Below, piece by piece: positions 1 through 12,274 of a stretch of DNA of 64,000 nt. Within the stretch, counting starts at the first letter, position 1; each line of letters starts with the position of its first letter. Position numbers and translations under genes: made by a program. The notes under the pieces were generated by a model that did not search any database, was not told where the DNA came from, and saw only the letters and a list, made by a program, of their open reading frames with translations. This DNA comes from the human T2T-CHM13v2.0 reference genome, Homo sapiens. Location of the stretch: NCBI RefSeq assembly GCF_009914755.1, contig NC_060932.1; one strand, 5' to 3'.

Positions 1-236
1 AAAGGGCGCATCCCACACAAGAAGCCCAGTTGAGTTTGATGTCTGTGTAATCACGATATGTCTCCAGGAATGTAGTGCTAATTATGTTTATTTTCTGTGT
101 TCCCTGCTTAAGGAGAGCTTTCTTGTGTAACCTGCCTCTGGTGTTTTCTGTTTTTTGTTTTTGTCTCTGTTTCCTGCTATTCAACCATCTTAGGAAATTT
201 GTTCTAGCAGCTCAGGAATGGCTCATGGGCCTTTAC

Positions 237-372
237 CTCCTCTGAGTGGTTTTTCTCCTGACAGGGGACACTTTGCATTGATCCCTGAAGCAGTTCCACT
301 CCTCAAGGCAGCCTTCTGTGGCTCCCTGGACTGTGCTCCTTCAGAGGAAGACCTCCAGACCTCAGCTTCTTC
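237..372 (-). ncRNA. Candidate internal exon (136 nt) of a minus-strand spliced lncRNA
   Basis: Minus strand reads ...cctccctcatgtcatacAG|GAAGAAG (AG at 374-373) and ...GAGGAG|GTAAAG (GT at 236-235). It lies just downstream of a CpG-rich region. Splice signals only; no transcript evidence. Confidence 0.5.
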
Positions 373-595
373 CTGTATGACATGAGGGAGGCTGGCATTT
401 ATACACTCATTAAAAATTCATATTTTAAAGCATTTTCCAGCAAATCCACCCCCAGAAGAGAACAATTTTTCTGCGTCTCCCGAACCAATTATTCAATAGT
501 GCGCTGTGATACCCACCCAGCGCAGGCTGGAGACAAGATGGGGTGTGGACTCTCGGGAGGCGGCGACTCCAGGCGTCCACCAGAGCGGGGCTTAC

Positions 596-745
596 GGTCC
601 CCGAGGCGGCGCGGCTGAAGAGTTGGTTTAGGTTTAATGAGAAACAACTTGGCAAATCTGAAAAACAATAGTTGGGAAAAGTGTTAAAAAAGACCAAGCC
701 CAGGAGCTTAAGACAAAATCTGGCAGTTCCCTCCCGCGGCCGCCA
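596..745 (-). ncRNA. Candidate first exon of the same minus-strand lncRNA (5' end uncertain)
   Basis: Donor ACC|GTAAGC on the minus strand (GT at 595-594), at the edge of the CpG island. No credible ATG ORF. Confidence 0.4.
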
Positions 746-1645
746 GGGGTCAGTGCGCACCTGAGGAGGGGGAGGCCCGGGATCGGCGAGCGCCTGAGGA
801 GGGAGGGTCCGGGGGTCACTGCGCACCTGCGGAGGTGGGGGCGGCCAGGGTCAGTGTCCCCCTGGGGAGGGGGGGTCAGGGGGTCAGCCTTCACCTGAGG
901 AGGGGGCGGCCAGGGTCCGTGCCCACCTGAGGAGGGGGGTTCAGGGGGTCAGCCTTCACCTGCGGAGGTGGGGGCGGCCAGGGTCCGTGCCCACCTGAGG
1001 AGGGGGGTTCAGGGGGTCAGCCTTCACCTGCGGAGGTGGGGGCGGCCAGGGTCAGTGTCCACCTGGGGGGGGGTTAGGGGGTCAGCCTTCACCTGCGGAG
1101 GTGGGGGCGGCCAGGGTCAGTGTCCACCTGGGGGGGGGTCAGGGGGTCAGCCTTCACCTGCGGAGGGGGCGGCCGGCGGTCAGTGCGCACCTGAAGAGGG
1201 GGAGGCCCGGGGTCAGGGCGCACACGGGGATGCGGCGGTCGGGGGATCAGTGCCCACCTGGGGAGGGGGCGGCCGGGGGTCGGTGTGCAGCTGCAGAGGG
1301 GGCGGCCGGGGTCAGTGCGCACCTGCGGAGATGGGGGTGGCGGAGGGTGAGTGCGCACCTGGGAGGGGACGATCTGGGGGTCAGTGCGCATTGGCGGAAG
1401 GGGTAGTCCGGGCGTCTGTGCCCACCTGCGGAGGGGGTGGCAGGGGGTCAGTGCGCAACTGCAGAGGGTGCGGTCCGGGGGTCAGTGCTCACCTGGGAGG
1501 GGGCAGTCGGGGGCCAGTGCGCACCTGGGGAGGGGGCAGTCTGGGGGTCAGTGCGCACCTGCGGAGGTGTGGGGGCCGCCGGGGGTCAGCGAGCAGCTGA
1601 GGAGCGGGCGAGGCCGGGGGTCAGTGAGCACCTGCGGAGGAGGCG
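745..1645 (+). repeat. GC-rich degenerate minisatellite, ~30-36 bp unit, ~27 copies (GGGGTCAGTGCGCACCTGCGGAGGGGGCGGCC-like)
   Basis: Recurrent GGGTCAG...CACCTG...GGAGG units. About 20 CACCTG by manual count. Two unit types alternate at ~850-1170. Confidence 0.9.
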
Positions 1646-1649
1646 CTGG

Positions 1650-2080
1650 GAGTGGGGAGAGGGGACCAGGAGGGGCGTGTGGGGAGACGGGAGAGGGGCT
1701 TGGGGGTACCCTGAAGTGAGAAGTGGGGGGGCAGGGAGTGGGGTCTGAGGGGACAGGGGAGTGTTAGGAGGATCCTGCAGTGGAATGTGAAGGGACCGAG
1801 ACGGGGGTGTGGGGGGACCACAGGGGATATGGGGGCATGAGGGGTTGGGAGGGTTGGGGGGACCCTGGAGTGGGATATAGGGCCACCAGGAAGGGATGTC
1901 TGGGGAACAGGGGCGGTGTGGGGATGTGGGGAGATGGGGGAGGGGATTGGGTGGGACGTGGGAGGACTGGCAGGTGGGCTTTGGGGACAAGGGTGGCCAG
2001 GGGGACCCTGGAGGAGGATGTAGGGGGCACTCTCTGTGGGATGTTGGGAACAACCTGGTTGGGGGCTGGGCAGAGTGGGG
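1650..2080 (+). other. G-rich strand-skewed low-complexity tract (G-quadruplex potential)
   Basis: Dense runs of three or more G on the + strand with short loops. Confidence 0.7.
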
Positions 2081-3560
2081 CAGATTTCCTGTGCTCCTGT
2101 GGAAATGCAGCCTGGATAATCGCTAGACCAGAAGACCACAGCACAGAACAGTTTTAGTTGACAGAGCCCATAATGTGAAGCCAAATCCATGTGGACATGC
2201 TTAGATAGACATGATATTTTTGTGGAGGGATTCTTCAACTGCTAAGAGTGGGAGTAGAAATAGAAGAGTGGGGAAGGACACAAAACCTTATATTTCATTT
2301 CATAACCTTTGGAATTCTTAATTTTTTCTATGTGCATGTATTACCATGTAATAAAAATTAATTTAAAAGACATTTAATAAGAGTATAAAGGCATGAAGGA
2401 CTACGGTAAGGCATGAATAAATTATAGTGTGCTTGAAGTTTTCACCATAGGATGAAAGGACAAACAGAGAATTAGGAGTATTGTTTTCCACACCAAAATA
2501 TCATGACTTGGCTGAAGAAATATATCTATCTGTATCTGAAATCAACATTAATGTTATCAAATAATTCAGACTTAGAGTTTTCAATAAATGTATAGAAATT
2601 GTTTTATTCAAAGACTAAGGGGGAAAGGGTGAGAAATTAAGTCTAGCAGTACAATTATAGAACCTCTGGTGTATTCTCATGGGAAAATTAATGTTTTAGG
2701 TAAAATGGAGACGACAGTAGTTACGACAAATACTTGAGAAAAGCCTATGAAATTACTGACTTTGGTAGTCCAGCCAAACATTTGCTTCAGGAAAAGCATC
2801 CAGAAATATAATGATTTAGGGATATCAAGGTATACTATATAAAGCATTGTTGTATATATTATTTCCTCTTTTCCCTTGGGAGGTAATATCTGAATTATTA
2901 TCAGACTCCTAATGAGGAAACACTCTGAGAAGTGAGAAGCCTGCCTTGTGTCAGAGTGGGTAAATCAGAGAGACAAAGGCGTTAGGGCTTGAACTCAGGC
3001 CCTCTGACTTTGCAGGGTTCTATTGAAGTGGCCACCTTGCCTGAGGCTATGAGGCTGAAGGAGTGGGCAGAGGAATACACTGTGGTCATTCACACCTGAA
3101 ATTATCATCTTACCAAGGAACCACCTTTCCCGATTAGGTGACCAATTCACTATTTATCCTTTTACTATTTCTTAGAAACCCCAAAGCCAATACATACGCT
3201 ATTCCTTTGTAAATTATAGGGTCAATGAAGTTGAATTGATTGTTTCTGGCCCCTCTGATAAAGGTAAATTGAGTAAAGTGTAAACGTGAAACAGCATGGG
3301 TTAGGATACTTTTCAAGGATTTTGGTGCCAATTTCTGTTTTCCCCATGGCTACCCTCATATTATCTTTGCTTTTAGGCATTTTTTCCTTCAGATATATAG
3401 GTTTTATGCACAAATGTTAGTGAAACAGACTGTTAACTGTGAGGTACAATTTTTGTCCAGCAAATTTTAGTTTCCACATGAAATGTTTCATTGAATTTGG
3501 ATAATTTGAAAAGAGGAATACATTATTTTATAAATTGTTAACTGTTTTAAATTTGGTTAG

Positions 3561-4164
3561 GGGAAGACAGTGTGGTGATTCCTCAAAGACCTAGAACCAG
3601 AAATACCATTTGACCCAGCAGTCCCATTACTGTGTCTATACTCAAAGGAATATAAAACATTCTATTATAAAGATACATGCACGTGTGTGTTCATTGCAGC
3701 ACTATTCACAATAGCAAAGACATGGAATCAACCCAAATGCCCATCAATGATAGACTGGATAAAGAAAACGTGGTACATATACACCAGGGAATACTATGCA
3801 GCCATAAAAGGAATGTGATCATGTCCTTTGCAGGGATATGAATGGAGGCGGAAGCCATTATCCTCAGCAAACTAACACAGAAACAGAAGACCCAACACCA
3901 CGCAGTCTCACTTACAAGTGTGAACTGAACAATGAGAACACATGGACACAGGGATGGAAACAACACACACTGGGACCTGTTGTGGGGGTGGAGCGGGGAG
4001 AGGGAGAGCACCAGGAAAAATAGCTAATGGATGCAGGGCTTAATACCTAAGTGATGGGTTGATAGGTGCAGCAAACCACCATGGCACACGTTTACCTGTG
4101 TAACAAACCTGCACATCTTATACATGTATCCCATAACTTAAAATAAAATAAAATAAAAATAAAA
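3561..4164 (+). mobile_element. 5'-truncated older primate L1 (L1PA, roughly L1PA11-16): ORF2 end, 3'UTR and A-rich tail
   Basis: Typical L1 3' sequence (gaaataccatttgacccagca; cacaatagcaaagacatggaatcaacccaaatgccc; gcagcaaaccaccatggcacacgtttacct) and a (taaaa)n tail. Confidence 0.9.
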
Positions 4165-7100
4165 TTCAGAAATAACCACCCTCCCCCAAGAAAAAAAGAA
4201 GGATGAGAAGAGTTAGAGGTTTGTTTCTGTGCCACCCTGTTCCAGAAAAGAGTTGAAACAGTTTACAATGAAGTATTTAATAACATAAAACCAAATGAAG
4301 ATAGAAAATTATAGAGTAAAAATGGAATATCAAGACAGGAATATGAAGAGACAGGTAAGTGATGAGCATTGTCACAGATCTTATCAGAGGCTGAGCTCCT
4401 ATGCAGAATCCATGAATAACTAGACCTAAACCCTATGCAGCTACCTGATAGATGTCATATGCTCAAAAAGGTGTTAGCAAGCAGTGGATAGCCGTTGAAT
4501 CTGAGCCTGAATGTATGTTGTATAAAGACGATGTGTAAGGAGTAATGTGTTCCCTTATCCACATAACACCACCACTGAACAAAGAGCAAAAAGAAAGAGA
4601 GGGAGGGAGGGAAAGTATCTATCCTACATGTTGACAGCAAAGTTACATTGTTTGAATACCAATGTAAGGAGCTTTGGCACCACAGTTGCAGACTGCCTTG
4701 AGTTCATACATTCTCAACCTTAACAACAATGTAATTTTTGCAACTAGAGACTTTTTAAAAATTAGGGCAGACAACTATATTCAAAACAGTAGGCTCTGTC
4801 ACTTCAAGATCTGCTTTGAGAAAGGCAGTGATAATGGAGAGAGTATTTGCTGAGGTGACTAAAAAATTGAACACAAACGGTTTTTTCTGTCAACTGAAAT
4901 GACCACTATCATTTTGAACTTTCATAATTTTAGGAACACATAGTTGGTTTTCATTAAGCTGAGGATGGCTTTGACCACCTGGTAAAGACTACAATGTCAC
5001 AGAGGTCAAAACCACGACAGACGCTTTAGATGTACACATAGTCATGTAAATTATAATGCTTCGTTGAAGTGAGGAGAAATCACACTTACATAGCTTAAAA
5101 ATATCTCACTGGATTTTGCTCAAATTTGTATCAAATATTGTACTGAAGCGCTATTCAAGATCAGAGCCCCATGGATAAGCTCGGGGCTTATCAAGAAAAA
5201 TATACACAGCTGCATTGATTTTCAGATACACAGAACTCTAGAGAACGGATGTGATCAAGCAAACAACCTAACATTTTCAAGGGGCTAAACCAAGGCCCAG
5301 AGTCGGGAGGGGACTTACCCAGACTCACAGGGAGCAGTGCCAAAGCTGGGCCAGACACACATCCCCCTGGCGCCAGCCAGCTCCCCGACATAGGACAGAT
5401 CAGAGTAATACTTGAAAATTTACAATTCACTATGTAGGATTTGTGTTCCTGGAGAAGGAAGTCGGTTGGTGGGGGCAGGGCAGGGGGGCAAGTGCAATGT
5501 ACAAGTGAATGCTGTGATCCCTAAATACCCGAGGAGATGAGGGAAACCACAACTGGTGACATCAGGGGAGTCAGAGACGGCACTGTGACAGGGCTTGAGT
5601 AAGGACGTGGAGCAGATCAGAGTTCCTGGACAGGACAGTGCGTGGGGTGAGCACCTGGGTAAATGGAAAAGGAGGAACCAGAGGCCTGGGGGAATTCATG
5701 ATGGACTAGGTCACTTTGGGCCATATGGGCGAAGGGGATCAAACAATTAATTTTAAAAAAGAGACAGATTGTACGTCTCCTTGAGATTTAGCACCAGAGA
5801 TATAGAAAGTGACAAGACACAGTTCGAGCCCTCCAGCCTCACCACACAGAGCAGACGACAAACCCTAAACTGATCACTACATGCAATGAGAGAAATGTCG
5901 CACTGGGGAACACAACAGGGCATGGAAGACCTGTGCAAACTGTTAAGAAAATGAGACCAATTCTTCCTGGGAAAGTGTGACAGGTTCTGAAGAGCACCAA
6001 CCAAAGATCTGCAGTGGGGGCTCTGAGAGTGGAGTGAGGGGAGGGGCAGTGAGAAGCACCTGCCCCTGCACTGCTAAACAAATCCCACACCAGAGCCTGC
6101 AGGCTCCCCAGCTCCAGCTCTAGGCCTGTGTCCACTTCCTACCAAGGCTGTTTCCTCCCGCCCACCTCTGTCCCCACATTTTCACTCTGAAATCATGATA
6201 CCAGTTTGCTGTTTTCAGAAACATCTGCAATTCCAAAGGAAAAAATCTAAAAGAATATCTAATGATGACGTTTCTCATTAAAATACCTTTTTGATGTTAT
6301 TTGCCTTCTAGTGAAAATCATACCTAATCATTTTTGAATTAATTTTCAAAAATTTTTGGAATATCAAAAGAATATTACATTTTCTAAATTGGTCAGTTGG
6401 GTTAAACACAACAATGGAGACACACACAAAAGAAGCAATACCTGAGGCTTATAGTCAACAGTTACCCAATATGGACACTCAGAAATCGTTGCGTTACTTA
6501 TTTTTAACCACATCCTATCTTCTTTAAATAGTGGTATCTGAGATTTGAGAAGGCAGTGAGTTGCAGTTCTTCGAGAGCACTGAATTCCTACAGATATATT
6601 CATTTTGTTTGTTTTCTCACTTACCTTTTTTATTCTTGTTCATCAAAGCCATGACATAACAGGTCCACAGATCAGGAAAACAGCTCATTACATAAAGGGG
6701 GAAATCAGATTCACACACTACCTCGACTTTAGCCCAAACCCAGATGGCAGAGTCTCCTCCAGGGTGGGAAAGTAGCCATAAGCATCCGTTTCAGTCACTC
6801 CACATGTGTATTCACACGACCTGCGGGGCGCCCCAGAGGCCAGGCGGCCGCTGGTTCTGGGGACGTTTTTCAGAAGAGCAAACGCACCGGATGGCAGGTT
6901 TTGGAAATGTTTCCCCTAAAGCAGACCCCAAAACCCAGCAGCGCTGAGCACTCAGGACCGTTTGTATCTGTGTTATTGCCCATGAGAGAATAGATGGCAT
7001 GCAAAGACATTATTATTAAAGTTGGTAGTGCAAGAACACACAGCAAATTTATGTCTTGTAGTCTAGATAAAATATTACAGTCTCTGCTACAATTTCAGCA

Positions 7101-7557
7101 GGCTCACTGGGGCCTGTGACCCCAGCATCCTGGGAGCTCCACGTAGCCCACCTTAGCGCTGGGGTCCAAAGCCCTCATCCAACTCACACCTCGCACTCCT
7201 GCCACTCACAGGTGAGACTGAGCTGCTGGGAACATGGGGCCGTGCTGACTTTCCTTGTGCCTGCCCTGGCGTGAACACAGGACATCCTGCACGGAGCATG
7301 GGGAGGGGTGTGGTGGGTGTTCCTTGGCTTCCGGTTTCATGTCCCCAGTCATCACACCCTCCTGAGCAGGTACTTCCTCAGTGAGTGGGATGCTCCATCT
7401 GTAGTGAGAACCATTGTGATCCGTGCAGGCAGGGTGCTGAAGAGGTTGAGAATAGGGGAAGGCTGCCCAAGGGGGAGATTTGATGCTGTTTACTCTGAGG
7501 CCTTTTGTGGAGGCCGAGCACCTCACTCTCTCTCGCAGAAGGAGGCAATTGAGAAGT

Positions 7558-8120
7558 TGTGACCCAGTGCAGGCTGGGCTGCTTACCGTGTGCAAACTCA
7601 GCAAGTGCAGTGAATGGAAAGCCACTTTATTTCCATAGCCACAGGGGGAAGTGGCCAGGTTTACACCTAGAGAAACTGCTTTGAAGGTTGGCTGAGGGCA
7701 GGGGTTTAAGAAGGAAAGCTTGATATGGGAGGCATTTCACATTGTAATGGTAAGCGAGTGATGGGGGTGTGACATCTGTGTCTCTTTTTTCAGTGGCTAT
7801 CTCGGGTCACAGTCCTCCTGGAGCGTGGACTGGCATAACCACAACAATGACCAGGTTGTGGACGAACGGCTTTAAGGTGATATTTGAAATTTTGCAGCTG
7901 GGTCTCCAGGTTTGATCTGTCTCAAGGTTAACCCCTGTAACTTCTAAGTAAGCACACAGTTAGATAATGTGGAAAGGGTTTACAGTCGGAGAGGGAGGGA
8001 TGTGGAGTCTATTTTAAGGTTAAGGGGAAAAGGCTTCTGCAGTCTGCTTGAGACTAGTAAGAAAAGAGAAAGCAAAAAAAAGTTTCAGAATGCATTTTGA
8101 AGCAAAGCTGCTCAGCTACA
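7558..8120 (-). mobile_element. Solo LTR, ERV1-class-like (family not assigned)
   Basis: TG...CA termini. AATAAA on the minus strand (tttatt at 7626-7631) about 70 nt from the 3' end. Near-identical 4-bp flanks AAGT/AGGT, consistent with a TSD. Confidence 0.7.
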
Positions 8121-8499
8121 AGGTTAAGGGTTATGAGCCAAGGTGATCCCCTCACCTATGCATCAGCATGAAAGTCAGCATCATCCCCAAGACGTGTGAA
8201 GAAACGAGTTCAGAAAGATGGGATATGGCATTCAGGGAGCCCCAAATGACAGGGCCGGGATTCACTCCCAGGTTTAGTTTAGGCTAAAGACCATGCTTCT
8301 TCCAGGACCCCTGGACTTCCTTAGCACTGCCCCCCACCCAGAGCTCTAGGGCCCTGGATCCTGAAGATGGGGGGGGCGGTCCCTGGGTCAGATTTGTCCC
8401 GTGCCACCCTCCTGGGAGAGGCTGCAGTAAATAAACCAGGGCCCAGGAAGGCCAAGGGCAGGACCCTGCCCCACAGTGAGGAAGAAGGAAAGAAACCCG

Positions 8500-8930
8500 G
8501 GAGCCAGAAGTGGGAGGCACACAGGAGGGAGGTTGTGGGTGTAGGAGTGGGGGGTTGGGGGACTGAGGGGTGGGGGAAGGGGGTGTGGGGTGGAAGGTGT
8601 AGAGGGGGGATGGGGGTGAGGGGTGAGGGGTGGGAGGTGGGGGTTGGGAGCGGGGGATGGGAGGTGGAGGTTGGGGTACAGGTGAGGGGTTGGGGTATGG
8701 GGTTTGGGGTGGAGGGCGAGGAAGGTATAGGGTGGGAACTGGGTGAGGGGTGAGAAGTGGGAGGTGGTGGGTGAGGGTAAAGGTGGAAGGTGTGGGATAT
8801 TGGGCTGGAGACTGTACGGTGGGGTGGGAGTAGAGGGTGGGGTTGGGGTGAAGATTGTGGGGTGGGGGTAGGAAGTGTGGGATGTGGGGTGCAAGGTGGG
8901 AGGTGTGGGTGGGGTTGGGGGTGTCAGGTG
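8500..8930 (+). repeat. G-rich (G/T/A) low-complexity tract, G4-dense
   Basis: Almost C-free + strand with dozens of GGG/GGGG runs (ggggtgaggggtggga, ggttgggg). Confidence 0.85.
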
Positions 8931-10299
8931 GAAGCTCTGCTCTCTCCTTCACTCCCACAGGCCCAGCTTCAAAGCACATTTCCAGCACCCTCCCAGGAAC
9001 CGATGTGATTCAAAGAAGTGAAACAGCCTCTCAGAAAGGCTTACCGGGCTTAGGATGCAGCCTGCTTGAGTTCGGTTCCTTTTCAAAGTCAGGTGCTTCT
9101 CATCTATCAACTGGGGGTCCCAAGAGGCAACCTCACCCAGTTAAAAAAGGATTAAATGCGCTTTCTATGCAGACTTGAGGCTTTTCCCAGCATGCAATCT
9201 GTCAAGGGCCTGAGATAACAAGAGGGTGGAGCCCTGCAGGAAGGCGGCCCTGGGCACCGGCAGCTGCCAGCAGAATGGCCAGTCTGCTGCTTGTTTACAC
9301 AGCAAATTACATTTTCCGATAACATATCATAACAGATTAAGCCTGAAAAACACATTCTTTCCAGGCCAGCAAGTGCTTCAGAGGATTACTCAGCCCACAG
9401 GGCTTCTGACCTCCCTGCTCTTAAGGTCAGGGGAGCACAGGTTCCCATCTGCCGCCTCCAGGTCCCAGTCCGAACCTGGAACGCAGCTGATCTCAGCATG
9501 GAGCTGCCCTGCGGTCGCCACACCCAAGAGCTGGAGCTCACTGAGGCGAGTTACTTTCTCCTGGGAGACGCAGCCAGCTCTTATTTTAAAGCACATAGCA
9601 TCCACCTAAATGAATGAGCACTTTTTTTTTCTTTCCAATGAGCACCTTTAAAAATTTAGTTTGGAATGACTACAGGGGCTAAAAGCCACTTCTTGGGGCT
9701 TGGTTTTTCCATAGAAGGAATGCTTGATCGCTTCAGCAGCTGAACCTGGGGAGCCACTACATTCCTGCTGGTAAAAAATAAATCCATTCCCCAGGGAGGT
9801 ACCCTTGGGGTCCAGTTGCCCCAGGACCCAGGAGAGCTGGTCTTTCACGGAGAGGTCAGGAGAAGCAGGGATAACATGCTGTTCCATGGGTCATGAATCT
9901 TGGTGGCGGAGGCTGCCCACGGGTGGCCCGTGAAAATGTGGGGTGTCTGTTCCTCAAAGTGATAGTGTGCCTCATTCTATGCCCCTGACTTAACACAGCT
10001 TCTGGACCCCACAGCCCGAACCCATTTCTGCCCCCTCACTACTGGGGCTCTCATTATGTCATCGACTGGGTGCCCCCTGTGGGGCAGAGGCTTGCAGGGA
10101 GGCCTGCCCGCCTCCCAGTGCCTGTTCTTGCGGCCTGCACATGCGTAAAACCCACACTGCAGGAGTCATTCCTCTGTCCAGGAAGGCTCTGCAGCCTCTT
10201 CCTCCCTTCACAAAGTCTGCCAAACTCTCACATAGGAGAGGAACTCATGAACCCTGCTCCACTGAGACACCCGCGGCAGAATCGGGCCATGTCAGATTT

Positions 10300-11010
10300 G
10301 GGATCATTCAGCAAATGCTTATGGAACACTAACCTTGGCCACATGGGCCCAGGGCTCTCAGACATGTGGCACACGAGACAGGCAAGGGCCTGGCTTTCAG
10401 GAAAAATTATATGAGTGGCAAGAAAGACCACAAATGTTGACTTGGTGACTATATAGACCAGAAAAGCTCATGGAGCGATGGGCCTGTGACACACAGTGCA
10501 TCCTTCAGGAGCTCCTCCTTCCAGCCCATTAGAGTCATGGGGAGGCTGGGAAAATGGGAAGGTCGGGGTGAGGCAGAGCAAAAAGCAAGGAGACACAGGA
10601 GGGAGTGTGCTCGCCCCCCACTCGAAGTTCAGAAAGAAGCCCTGAGAGGCTGCCCTGAGAGCCAGGGAGCGATGAGGACTGGAAGCTGCAGGGAAGGGTT
10701 TGGCTTCTTTTCATCTTTTCAATGTGGATGTGACTGGCCTCGATCTCCCTCCTTAAGGGCTCATTTCCTTTGTAGAGAGGAGAGTGAGAGGCCAGTCAGA
10801 AGGTGTTGGCCTGGTTCAGTTGAGAGATGACTTTGGCAGAAGAATCAACAGGACTGCTTTGAGACTGGATACTGGGGCTAGGGGAAGGAGAGGGGAAGTG
10901 GGGGAGTCAGATTCCAACGCCTGTAGGAGGAACACCCATGAACAGAGCTTTCCTAGCTCCCTGGATGCTTCTGTCAGCATGGGACAGCCTAGGCCAGAAG
11001 CAAACCTGGT
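10300..11010 (-). mobile_element. L2 LINE relic
   Basis: tcattcagcaaatgcttat (L2 3' end, reversed) and gaggccagtcagaagg...gagagatga...aatcaacaggact resemble the L2 consensus. Highly diverged. Confidence 0.5.
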
Positions 11011-11764
11011 TTCAGTGATGCCTGGAGGAGGATGTGGGTAACCCCACCTGCACCTTTGCTGCAAAATTCCCCCAGGGATTTAGTCCTTAGCTGGAGCAAA
11101 GGTCAGACTCTCTGATCTTCACTGACTGTGGAGAGAGGAGTGGAGTGGGTCAGAGAATGGGCACAGAACAGACGGGAAGAAGCATGACAGGGAAGAGGCC
11201 GCTGGGCCTAGAGCCAGCAGCATTGCTCACACAGCTGCAGGAGCCGTTAGCTCTGTGTATGGTTACTGTGTGACGGACTCCAGATGCCCTCGGGAAGCCA
11301 CAAGCCACTGCCCCCAAGGGGTGAATAGCTGCCCTCTCACCAGGAGCATTTTGCTGAAATGGACTCTTGGGCTCTTCCATATTTAAAATCAAAATAGATA
11401 AAGCGCACTGGGTGTGATAGAGCTTGCAGAAAATGCACATACCTCTGGCAGCTCATCTTCTGGGTAGGGTTGAGTCAGGAAGACAGCCTCTTTGGTGAGG
11501 GTTTTGGTACAATTTGGAATGCTTTTGATGCTGCAGAGTGGCACACACACCCAGTGTCACAGGATGCACATCCAGTTCTGGTCTACAAGTGAGAATGCTA
11601 AGGATTCTGCAGCACTCATACTCCTGTAGGATGGGGTCCATTCCTGTTCCTTTCCGGATGTGTGTATGTATGTGTGGCTTTGTACTTCTTTATTTTGCTT
11701 TTTATTTTTATTATGGAAATTTACCAATAGTACAAAAGACAGAATAAAATGTACAAGTCCCTGG

Positions 11765-11852
11765 CTCACAGAATTGCAAGCAAATAGAATGGATGTTATT
11801 TTAGGGCACTGGTTTTAGGGTGGCATGTTACACAGCAACAGAGAAACAAAAC
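11765..11852 (+). mobile_element. MLT1 (MaLR) LTR 3' fragment
   Basis: cacagaattg...gttattttag...gttacacagcaacagagaaacaaaaca matches the MLT1 terminus. Confidence 0.6.
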
Positions 11853-12274
11853 ATCCACATTCTCGTTTCCTCAAATGCCTCCCAATTATACTTAGAGTGT
11901 TTTGGTTTGAATCAGAGGGTCTCATCCATGATTAATTGGTGTGTTTCTTGCATTTCTTATAACCTAAGAGTTGACCCTTCCTCTCCTTTTTTGTCCAAGA
12001 TACAGAATCATCTAATTTCCCACAGCATTCCCATGAGCCATTTAACACATTTCGCCATCTCCTGTACTTGGATCTAGAGGTTTGACCAGTGTCAGGCCCA
12101 CTTTCTAGTTTTATTTCTTGCCAAATGATGGAAGATGCATGTGGATGTGGCGGCTCCTTTCCTCCTTTTGGGAGCTCAGCAGTGAGCAAGCTCAGCTGGA
12201 CTCGGCTGCCCTCGGGAACCTCAGGGTCTTTGGGTAATGTTGGCATCCCAGGTGGGCACAGCTGTCCCGGGCCC

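Larger units (their letters stand above)
470..1680. promoter_or_regulatory. CpG-island-like GC-rich region, putative promoter
   Basis: Very high GC and many retained CpGs (gcggcgcggc, gcggccgc, tgcgca) against CpG-poor flanks. Several GGGGCGG GC-boxes. Confidence 0.65.

Noticed and set aside
382-2238. Many overlapping Gly/Pro-rich ORFs
   Set aside because: GC-rich repeats are depleted of stop codons. No recognisable domain.
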